Notes under the pieces: generated by a model | What the model saw: only the letters and a program-made list of their open reading frames with translations | Told to the model about the DNA's origin: nothing | The model's database searches: none | Made by a program: the position numbers and the translations under genes | Assembly (NCBI GenBank): GCA_043813605.1 | Contig: JBDRKX010000100.1 | Coordinates: 1-46,432, forward strand | From: Elusimicrobiota bacterium | GTDB lineage: Bacteria > CG03 > SLGR01 > JBDRKX01 | Reading direction: 5' to 3' | DNA length: 46,432 bases | In this document: positions 12,001-24,000 of the stretch, in pieces | How positions within the stretch are numbered: position 1 is the stretch's first letter | How the letters are laid out: every line of letters starts with the position of its first letter

Positions 12001-15000
12001 ATCAAAAAGTCGTTCGCAAGGCGGAAGAACTTCTGAAAGCGATCAGTTTTACAGGCAGCCTGAAGAACATGGTTAAGAATATAAGGCATATGCGTCTTAA
12101 TTATCTTTCGGAGAACGCAAAGACAAGGGAGACCAGGCTGGATGTAAAACAGTATCTTTTCCGGGAAGATATTATAGATAAGATCGTGAGGGGGGAAATA
12201 ACGCTGGTAGACGGCCGCGGTAATGAAATACAGGACCGGTATGAGATACTGGAAGTGATCGGAAGCATAGAGCGGATGGTGGGTATACCGTCGTACCGGG
12301 AAGGGTTTGAAGCGGAAGGGATTGATCCCGAAGTGGATAATCCTACAAGAAAAGCGTTCGAAGGGATCAGAGATAATTATTCCGGTGAGAAGAGCCTTAT
12401 AGTCAATATGTCGCATATGGTTACGGATAATACCAAGGCTGCATTTTTAAGTACAGTAAAAGATATAGCAAAAGGAGAAGAAAATATATATTTCATGCAG
12501 ATAACAACAGGTCTGCGTGACGGCGGCATAGTGCTGGGTAAGGGGAATAATTTCCTTAATTTCTTTAAATTGAACATGCTTGCCCGTAAGAACCTGAAGT
12601 CAGCATGCGTAATAGATGCGGATCTGAAAACGGAGATACGGAATGGCCGTGAAGAAGGGATAACAGCAGCCTGGATAAAAGAGTTAATGGATCCTGTCGA
12701 ATCGGCCGGAGCCGATTTTGTGGTGCCATGGTATTCACGGCACAGGTATGACGGCACTATAACAAACAGCCTGGTCTATCCTCTTATAGCCATGATGCTC
12801 GGAGTAAAGGTCAGGCAGCCGATAGCCGGAGATTTCGGATACAGTATGAAGGCCCTGGAAGGCTGGCTGCTGAAGGACTGGGTCGATTCCACCTACGCTT
12901 ACGGTATAGATAATTTTATGACAACGAGCGTCCTGTTCGATGATCTTAAAGTGGTTGAAACAGTGCTGGGAGCAAAGATACACGCACCGAGTGCTCCGAA
13001 ACTCAACCAGATGCTCGTTGAAGTGGCAAAGACGCTGTTTGATACAGTTCTTGCCAATAAGAATATATGGGCATCGAAGGCACCGGCGGTTCTCGGGTCG
13101 CCTGAGCGTATAGACAACCTGGGATTCCAGGCAGCGCAGAGCCTGAAAGTGGATCCTAATGTGATGAGAACTACATTCATCAACGGGTTTAAGGACGGCG
13201 TACTGGAAGGGGAGGAGATGGATGGCGCCCAACGTCGTGAGCTTCTTGAAAATATCCTTGCGGATACACCTGATGTTTACGAAAAACTGAAGAACCTCTG
13301 GGAGAGCGACGGCAGGGAGATATGGCAGTCGGAAGACTCGCATATCAATAATGACCTGTGGGTAACAATACTCTTTAAAGTGCTTTCAGCTTACGATCAG
13401 GCTGATGATACCGCTAAAATCCGGATAATGGATGTTTTTAAATATGTATATTTCGGTAAAGCCGCATCCTTTGTCTATTTTATTGAAAACAATGTCGACA
13501 GATGGCAGGCTGAAGGCAAAGCGGACGCTCAGGAAAGAGCGCACAGACAGGCAGAGGATATGATAGATGATCTTGCCCGGAAGATGTTCGAGAGGCGGAA
13601 TGAACTGATATCTGGACTTACCGGGGTAGAATCTGTAATTGAAGATGTGACCGCTGAAGGGTTAATGGAGCTTACGGAAGCAGAGCGGTCAGCGGAAGAA
13701 AAAGCTGATTTTATCGCTATGAGAGCGCGTAAAATACGCGATATTTCCGTAATAACCGGTGACGGCAGGATTATAAGGGATAACCTGCTGAGGAAATTCA
13801 TTGAATTCGGTGAACTGGGTTCGGAAATATCTGTTGATACGAAAGGCATTGACCCGGCATCTTTGTCGCCCTCATACATCAAACTGATAATGGCAGCTTC
13901 CGAAGTCTATAATATGGAGGCGTCCGAAAAAGATTTAAATGATCCTTCAAAAGCAACTGAAATATTAGCAAAGATAAATGAAAAATCGGCAGAAGCGGCG
14001 GGTTTCAGTAAATGGATAGTAGATGAAATAGCTAAAATACGTGATCTCGTAGGTGAAAGTGTCGATATAGTGACTCTTATGCCTTTTACCAATGAAGGTG
14101 ATATAGCGGGAAGTGTAGTAGAAACCACAAAACAGGGATTGGGAGAATATTTTTCTGATAAAAAGAGCCTGATAATCAACTACGGTGAAACCGGTGTCTC
14201 TGCTGAAACTCTGCGGGCATACCTTGAAGATAAGATAAGGAGCGGGCAGCCTGAGGCAGGGTGGATAGTCAACGATCTTGCAGAAGGCGGTGTCATCAGT
14301 ACGGAAGAAGCGCTTAAGCGGCTCGGGAATCTCGGTGACAAAGAAATAGTCAGCAGGTATCATCCGGAAAATGTATCTAAAAAAACAGGGAGTACGGAGA
14401 ATATTAAAGTATACACTGCCTTAAAACGCGATGAGATCCGGGGAAAAGGCTACAGCCAGATTGCGGGAATGATAATAGCCCTCTATTTCGGTGCTGACGG
14501 GTATGTGTGCTACGATGCGGATCTGAAGAGCATACGGCCTGAGTGGATACGTATCCAGCTGAACCGCGTACTTGCAGGAAAAACAGATCTAACCGTGCCG
14601 GATTATATGCGTCATCCTCTTTCTGATGTAATGACAAATAATCTTTCATACCCGATAATGCGGGCATTATACAGGAAAGAGATCAGGCAGCCGACAGCAG
14701 GAGAATACGGGATGAACCGCAGTGTAATGGCGCATCTTGTTAATGACCCGTTTATGATGCTGACTGAAAAAACAGCAAGAGGTATAGATAACTGGATAGT
14801 ATTTACCGCTTTGGCTATGGGGATGGATATCAATGAAGTCAATCTTTCGGTTAAAGAACACAATGCCCGTAAATTGCGGCATGAATTACCTGACGGTACT
14901 GTGGTAGGAGCGTCGGAACTCAGGTTCATGGAAGCAATGGATGCGATCGCCGCCGAAGTCGGCCTGCATATGGATTATATAGACAGGGTGGCCGGAGATC

Positions 15001-18000
15001 AGATAGAAGAGATCGTGAGGTTGTCGGATTCCGAAATGCCGGCAGCTCAGCCGGGAATGGTAATGATCGACTGGCGTGAAAAGATAGATGCGTTCCGGAA
15101 AAATTTCAGCCGTTATGAGGATATTTATAAAGAAGTGCTTTCTCCTGGCGTATTTGAAACGCTTTCTGAACTTGCGGAACTGGAAGAATCTGAGATCGAA
15201 GATAATTTCTATATTGATCCGGAAACCTGGTCCGAGATCATATACGATTTTCTGATAGCATATCATTTCAGCGGGTTGAGCCGCATGGGAACAAAAACAG
15301 AGCCGGGGCTCTTGCCTGCCCTGATGAGGATACATCAGGCTAGTGTAGGTGGTTTTGCAATGGAGTATTACAGGTGGATAGAAAATCATAAAAACCGCGG
15401 AGTCAGTGAAGAAGAAGCAGTGAAACGTGCCGGGCATGAAGCAGTTGACTGGTTTAACGAACAGGCGGTATTTTTCGAAGACAATGCCGAAGGATTCCTG
15501 AAAAAATGGAAGGAGCATAAAGGTGTCGAAGGAATAGAAGAAACCGAGAAAGAGGAACCTGAACAGAAGATAATAAAACGTAAAGCTGCAACAACGCACG
15601 ATCAGGTAATAATTGACCGGCTTGAACAGATAGTCCCTGCAGAACTCAGTTCATCCCCGGATGTGCTGTATCATATGGTGCATATACTCCTGCCTGAGCT
15701 GCGTGAATATTTTGCTGACGGCACTAAGATAACACCATCAAACGAAAAGGCCGCTTTTAATGCTCTTGTAGAAAACATATCCGAGTATTTTATGGGTTCA
15801 TTGAGCCAGCAGATAGCGGAAGGGGTATACGGGACGGAGCTTAACGGTAGTCTTATGCATGAACTGATAACGAACCTTGAAAAGTATATAAAGGGCCTGG
15901 CCGATGATCCGACACTCAGAAGAAGAAGGGAAATAGAGAGAAAGGCTGAAGAAGCTGCGCTGGAACTGCTTTTAAGGCTGGAGGAAACACTGTATTTCAG
16001 GCTTATTGCCGGCGCAAATGAAAAGTACGCCCTGGAGGATATAAAAAAAGAGAAAGAAAAGGCCATCAAGGCCGATCCGAATTCACTGAAAGCCAAAGTG
16101 CTTTCCAGGCTGCTTGATAAATGGGAGAACATTGCAGCTGTCAGAGAAGGACTCCATGGACTTAAGAGCGATCCGTTCTTCTTCCAGCTGGAGGGAATAA
16201 AATATATCCTTGAGAACAAGAATGTACTTCTTGCTTTTGATATGGGTCTGGGAAAGACATTTACATCTTATGCTGCTTTTGCGAACAGCGGCTGCCGCGA
16301 TATGCTGGTAGCATGTCCTATAAATGCTGTGCCGACTTGGGTAAAAGAAGCCTACATACATCTTGAAGGAGCAGGCAACAGAGACGAATATGAGATAGTA
16401 GTTATAGGTTCGGAAGAATACAGGTTCAGGGATCCCAATATCAGGGCGGAGAATTTCAGGAGTCTATCTAAACCCAAGGAGATACAGAGTTTTCTGCAGG
16501 AATGGCAGAGGGAAAAGGCAGCAGGGACCCTCAAGAAAAAGAAAATAGTCATCACCAATTACGATCAACTGAAACAGGCACCCAGACAGGTAGGAAAAGA
16601 AACTATCAATATAAAGAGGCTCTTTGAATCCCTCAATGTGGACATGCTTATAGGTGATGAAGCGTATCTTATCAAGAATCCTCTTGCCCAGAGGACAGTA
16701 AGTTTTAAAAGACTCGCTGAAAAAGCTGACTATACGCTGCTTTTAAGCGGCCGGCCGTTTTCTAACCATCCCCGTGAATTATACGGTTACCTGGATCTTC
16801 TCCTTAAGGAAGATACAGCGTTTACTAAGGAAATACTTTCAGACCTCGGTTTTGGATCGCTCAAAGAGATGCAGGCCAGCATGAAACGCGCCGCATGGTG
16901 GGATAACCCGAATAACACTATGAAAGTTTACAGGGTGATAAAAAAGGTCATGCTTATAAGGAAAAGAGAGAATGCTGTTGCCGGGCTGCCCAAGATCAAG
17001 AAAGTCGCCGTTAAGATAAATGAAGAAGATTTTACTATGGAGATCGGCGGCGAGATCACTGAAATATCAGATGATAAGGATCTTGCAGAGAGATACATGC
17101 AGGGAAAGCGGAATATCCAGAAACTGCGCGGCGGATCAAGATGGGCACTGGAAAGATTATATGCTGAAAATCCGAAACTTGTACTTGGTGACAAAGCAGT
17201 AGATTCTCCCAAATTTCTGGTCGCTGATGCGATAATCAAAAAAGCTTTACAGCCCGCCAGGGGCAGGGAATCTAAACAGATAGCGGTTTTTGTCCAGCAC
17301 AGGGGAACTGCCATGGATTATCATGCCCGGCTGGCAAAAAAATACGGCAAGGACAAAGTGGCGCTTCTTATGGGCGGAATGAGGTCTGATATCAGAGACG
17401 ATGAGGTGCAGAGGTTCCAGACCGGCGAGGCAAAAGTTATTGTTATAACTATCGATTCGGCGCTTGCTATCCATCTGACAGCGGCTGATCAGGCTATCTT
17501 TATGTCCCTGCCGGTAACACCCGATAAGCAGGATCAGGCAATAGCGAGGATCATCAGAATAGACCGTGCAAGGAATAAACCGGGACAGGTCAAAGAAGTA
17601 TATATGCTTAAGGCTCCGATAGACCAGAAAATCGAACAGGAACTGCTTTATCCTAAACGCTACAGGATGGAACTGGCAGAAGGCGGTATTACCGTTGATA
17701 TTGAAGAGAGCGACCGATTGCTCAAGGATCTCGAGATAGCGGCAAAAGAGCTCGAGGTAAAAGAATATAAAAAAGAAGAACAGCAGATAGACTGGGGCAA
17801 CATAGAAATAACAGAATTCGATTTCAAGATAGATGATAGCAAGGACAAAGAAAACGAACAGGCCCGGGTAAAACAGCTGTGGTCGCAATTCTTCAAAGAC
17901 GTAGGAGGAAATATAGGTATAAGGGAGAGTTACGATAAGGAAAAATCAAAATTTACGGTCAACCTTGATATGGCGACTTTCAGGAACGGTATTACTGTAG

Positions 18001-21000
18001 CTGCAATGAAAAAGGACCGCGGTTTTGTACTTGGATATTTATATGCTATAGCAAAACCGGGTGCTGAAGATACCATAATGATAAAAGAAGTAGGTATAAA
18101 CAAGGATGTAATAAAGGGGGGGATAGATCATTCGAGAATGGAAGAGGAGATGTATATAGCTCTTGTTGAAATAGCCAAAAAGCAGGGCAAATCAAGGATA
18201 GAATATGTAAGGGACGGAAGGGAAATAGTAGAGGTTATTTCCGAGGAGGCCAGGAAACTGGACATGCTCCGCCGGCAGGAGAGAGAAGACTCTGGTGTGA
18301 GAAATCTGCAGAGAAAAATAGCTGAACTGCTTGAAGAGGCAAGAAAAGACGATTATAGACTTACCGGAAGAAGAATATACCGTATGATAGAACTGCTTGA
18401 GGAAGCAGAAGCGTTTGATCCTGTGTTTGCGGATGATCTTATTGAAGTGATGGATCTGATGCTTTTTCATACGGCTCCCGGTTCATGGCGCAAGGTAGAC
18501 GGGCTCATAGAACCGCTGGCAAACTATAATGCCCGGGTCAATGAACTTAAACGGGATGACGAAAGAATTTTAAAACTGAACAAAACTCTGGCTAAAAGCT
18601 GGGCAAGGCTGCTTTCTTTAGGTATGAACAGCGGCGCAGAAATAGATATCCCGGATGAGATGCTCGAGATAATAGTAAAATCCGAAGAATTTGCCGTAAT
18701 GCTTTCCAAGGGACTGACTCATAGTACCACAAAAAGGATACTCAATAATCCTGTTACTCACACTGAGAAATTCATCAGGGATTATCTTGAAATGACGGGT
18801 TGGCTGGTACTTATAGATATGCTGTCAGAACTGGATGCAAAAGCACAAAACGGGGAGTATCTGCCGGGGAAAGCCCGGGAACTCTTCCAGATCATCAAAA
18901 ACGCAGGAGAGCTGTATGCTTATGATGCCAGCGTTTATATGGGCAAGGCTTTTTATCAGCGCGCTTATGCAAGGCTTCTGCTCACACATTTCCTGAGAAA
19001 AACCGGGATAGGCGATAATGACGGTGCTGTGCGGGAGACACTGCTCGATCTTACCTCGTATACCGGGGCGCCCTTCAGAGGCGCGACAGGTGTCCGTCCG
19101 AGGTTTGGCGCTGTTGTTGAACTTCCGTATATGTACGGTTTGGCCATTTCTCCTGTAACCGTAGACGATAAGGGTGAACAGGTCGTTAATGAAGATGCAC
19201 AGAAACAACTGGAGATAATATTCGAGTTCGAGTTCACTGTGGTTCCGCACGAGGCAATGCATCAGCTTTCCCTGATGGTCAATCGTAAAGGCTTGTTTGC
19301 TCAGCTTAATGCTGAACTTATACCATTCAGGATAGATGAGAAAAGCCTTTATGAAAGACTTCCGCAGGCCGGCAGCGGGTTCTGGGAAGATATTGCCCTG
19401 CTCGGAGCGTCTATCAATGACGGGGAAGCGCTGATAATAGCTGCAGAGCTCAAAGGAATAGACATAGGAGAGATAGTAGAACGCGTGAAAGAACTCGTGG
19501 ATAAAGAGGGCGATACCGCAAAAGATGCCGAGATAACGGAAGCGGAACTGAGTCTGATAGAGATGAGCCTGCACGATCCGGAGACATTCAATAAGCTGGG
19601 TAAAGATATTGACAAGGGGATAAAAAGAGGGCCGGATAAGGAAAAGCCCGCAATCCGGCTTGCCGAAAAAGAAGGGGAAGAAGAGAAAGAAGGGGAAAAA
19701 GAAGGGGAAAAAGAAGGGGAAGAAGAAGAACCCCGAATGAGTAGAATAAGGGCTTTTCTCTCCGGGGTGAGGATAGCTGCAAAGTATGAAGGCGACCCAT
19801 TCAAAGCATATAAAAGTATTTTCAGTTATTTCGGGAAAGATACGAAATTCGGCCCACTTGAAAGAGCAAAAGATTTCGATGAACTCATAGAGAAACTCAG
19901 CCAGTTGTATGCTGATTTTCTTAAAGGAACACCTGAAGCCAGGTTCAGGACATATGAACTTGGCGCGATGCTCAGCGGATTCATTTATTATCATGCAGAT
20001 GGTGATCCAGAGGCGATGATATTCCTGCAGAGTGTTTTTACCAGGCTGCCGGAACAGGGCGGGCTTGATCCTAATACCGCTGTCGAAATACTCAATAGGA
20101 ATACTGAGGAGGATATACGGCAGATAAACAGGAAAATAGCAAACGGGGAAAAGATTGATTGGGATGAGTATCTGCAGGAAGCAAAGGTACCTGTGGAATT
20201 CCGCAGCATGAGGGTCAGGGAACTTGTGGGAGAAGAGATCAAGGGAACTATCATGAACGTGCTGGAATCAAACGGCATATACTGGGTAAGCGACCTATTG
20301 AGAAAGACTAAGAAAGAGATTAAATCAATAAACGGTATAGGGGCCCGTACCATAATGATGCTTGACGACGCGTTGAGAAAAAAGCTGGATATAATGGAAA
20401 TAGGCATGGAAGCCATCGAAGGCGCCAAGTGGTTCAGCGAAGGGTCCATAGAACTTATTCACAGAAGGCCGAAGAGGGGCCCTGTGACCCTCAGGGAACT
20501 ATTCGAGAGAGAAAGAAGCGCGAAAAGAAAACTTCCTGATGACCTGATGGATCTGCATGGAGGACTTACAGTTGCGGTAAAGGTGTCAGATGATATAAAA
20601 GACCTGCCTGATGAAGTTGTCAGAGGTTTGAGTGATAAACTAAACCTTGAATTAGGTGATATAGTACAGGATGAAAGATATACAGAACTGAAAGGTCCTT
20701 ATATGACGATCCGTCCGAGGGACCTCAGTTGGGACATGGGCGCCAGGTGGGGTAACCTGAGCAGGCTGGACCGGTTCCGTTCTGACAGGGATATAAGCGA
20801 GAATGTATCGTTTGCCGGCTTTAAGAAGACGCTGAATACTGTTGTAAACGGCCACTGGCTGAGTCAGCATCTGAACAGGAACGGAAAAGACTGGTTCAAG
20901 ACAAAAGTAAATTCGCTCAGCAGACTTGCGGTAAATACCTACTATAGTTCGCGGCACAAATCGCAGACAGCAAAGAACATAAAATTCCTTGCCGTTCAGG

Positions 21001-24000
21001 GTGATTATATACTGAGCGATCAGACTGATTCGATTGATTTCGTTGTAGCTGTAGAAGATGCAGCTAGAAATGACAAGATTATCAAAAGTACTGAGAAACT
21101 CAAAGACAGCGAACTTGATATAATGGAATTCGTAAGATCAAATCTTCCACGTGAACTGAGAGAAAAAGAGATAAAGATAAGGGTCGTGGACTACGGCTGG
21201 TTCAGGGGTACTTCGAAGGATGAAGTCAGGAGTGAACTCTGGTTCAAGCTCATAACAGGCGGGGTGGTACTCTTCGGTTTGAAGATGAACGATCTCAAGC
21301 AGTTCACACTGGATAATGTACCCAAGACCGATTTTCTGAAATATGCAGGTGAACTGATAAGATCAGTGATGACAGGTAATCTGCCTGAAAACCTTATCCG
21401 TGCCCGTCTTTACCTGATCAACCTGCTATTGAGATATTCTATGGATATAAGTTCGGACAGGATAAACGATGATCCGCAGCTTTTTAACTTGAAGAAAGCT
21501 GAGTTGGGCGAATTCCCGGAAGATAAAACAGATATATATGGTATGACTGCCGCAGCAGATCCGGATACGATAATAGGCCATACTCTTATGCTTTACGGTA
21601 TGGCGACGGATTACAGAACGGAAGAAGCTGTGGCGAGCATACTCATGAGCGCTTCAAGAAAACCCGGTGTGCGTGCTCCGGGTCTCGGAGGATATTTTAC
21701 GGGAGGCGCCGAGATACTCGGCAGGCTGGGATTCAGGTCGGTAAGAGGTATGGAGGCGGTAGACCGCGATACGGCGGCTGATTTACTGGAAAGGATCGAC
21801 AGGGAAGAGAACAGGATAGACACCGGCCAGGAAAAAGAATATATCAAACGCCTCAAGGTTATGACCCCTGTCGGTACGGAGGACATAAAATGGAAAGGCA
21901 ACAGTATCGTCAAGAATGATGTGTTCGGCAATGAATATAGTTTCGAGGTGCTTATAAGAGATAACCCGGAATTTATATCACAGCCCAGTCGACATAACCT
22001 TGTCACAATAATACCGAGTGCAGACAGCAGGAAATACACAATGGTTTTACAGAAAGCTCTTTTTGAGATAGATCCCCGTATCCTGAAGAGCCTCGTTCTT
22101 CCGATTGTGGTTCACCAGGTGCTCTTGATAGCTGATCCTAACCTGGATGCTTCGTGGGTACCCGGCACACCGGTCTCACTTACGAGATTTAAGCATGTAA
22201 GTGAAGGTAAATATATAAGATCGGTCAGCAACAGTGCCCAGGCTAAAATAAGAAGAGCGCTCAGGGATTATAACCTGTCGATACGCTGGAAAATATTAAA
22301 TAAAAATATTGAAGAACTTCTCAGAGTACAGGAAGAGTTTGCGGAATTTGCCGAACTGAGTCCTGAAGAAGCCGAAAGAAGAAGAGAAGACCGGGAGCTT
22401 GAAGAAGAAGAAAGTGCCCGGCAGGAAGGCCGCGAGGTGATCGAAGATACTGAAGATATGCTTGAGCCGGAACAGGAAATACCGAGCGCGGCATTGGATA
22501 TTCTCGGTATTCCGCCTGCAGCGCCTATAATAACGGACGATATCAGCCCGGAAGAAGAGAACGAGCGGCTGTCTCAGGCACTTGCAAAACATATAATAAA
22601 AAATAACCTTGCGAGAAGAGTCATACTTGAAGGCGATGAAAGCGATGAGATACTGAGGTTGCGCGCATCTGTGTTTGCGGCAAACGGTATATCAGTAAAA
22701 ATAGTCAGAGCCCCCGTACCGGTACTCTCGGATTATATCAAGCGTAAAGACGGGTTTTACTCCTTTGCCATGTCGGGAGGTAATATACTGACCCTTGAGG
22801 GAAATGTTCTGCCTTTAAAGACAATGGATAAGATCGCACATGATGCTATAACTCTTCAGGCATTGGCGACGATGGATTATGATGCTGCCAAGGGATTCGG
22901 AATAGTGACAACAGAAACAATAAGCAGTGCGGATTATGTGGGAAACCTTCAAAATGATGTGCCTGTACTGAAGCAGAGAGGCAGGCCGCGCATAATAGCG
23001 GATTTGAGAAGAATATCCGATGCCAGCCACAAAAGAGGACTAAGGGAGATATTGGAACATCTTGGTATAGCAGAAGGATTTCTGCTTACCGGAGGAAAAG
23101 AGGAATCACTGAAAGAAGCAGTAGAGGCAAGTGATAACCAGGTTATAGGATGGGCTCCTGATTCGAGCGGCCAGAAGATGACGATTACGGATGTGGATGG
23201 AACTGTTATCAGCGGTGATGATCTTACGCTTGTTTTTACTTATTACCTCAACAGCCGTGATTACCGGGAGAGTGCGGGAAGATCATCTGAAGATACTGTT
23301 TCAGTGATTAAGAACATGCGCGATACCATGTTGCTGGAAGAACTCGCCGGTAAGCTTGGGGTGGGATATGAAGAGCTGCCGTACTGGGAGGAATCGCCGG
23401 ATTATTCGGCGGGTGTTTCGTGGAGGACTACGCATGATACGCTTGCCCAGGCTGCCCTGGCTTCAGAGATAGTATCGAAATACAAAAGTCTGAGTTCTTA
23501 TCTTGAGACAGTCAGATCAGAGACAGAAATGAGTATCGGCGGCAGTGTGTATACAAATGATGCAGAAAAAGAGTTTGCTCATATAACTCATGAAAGAATA
23601 GTCAATACGGATCTTGATGTAAAGAATATAGGGGAAGGTTCCCTGCAAGGGATATACGATCCCCTGGGTCTCGGCCTTGATCAACGGCAGGGGCCGGCAG
23701 AATTCACTACTAATTACGGCAGGGGAGTAAGAGTAAAGCTGTCTGACGGCAGCAGGATAGTATTTTCTTCGATAAAGAACGGTTATTCGGTGCGGGTAGA
23801 ATCACATAACAAGAAAACGGCGGATAAACTCATGAAAAATATAGGTTCATGGTTTGCTGCCGGCGCAAAAAGAAGCAATCTGAGGACATACCTGAGCGTA
23901 ATAGGCGGTATAGGGATCACCATAGCAGCTTTCGGGATCTGGATCGCGTTTGCGAGCGCCCCTTTTGATTTTGCAGGCGACCTGCTGGGAAACAACCTTC

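Noticed and set aside
18825..19994. Longest minus-strand ORF (389 aa) with FFFPFFFP repeats
   Set aside because: The repeat is the reverse complement of the (EKEG)n microsatellite, and the ORF lies opposite the HExxH region of the real frame.
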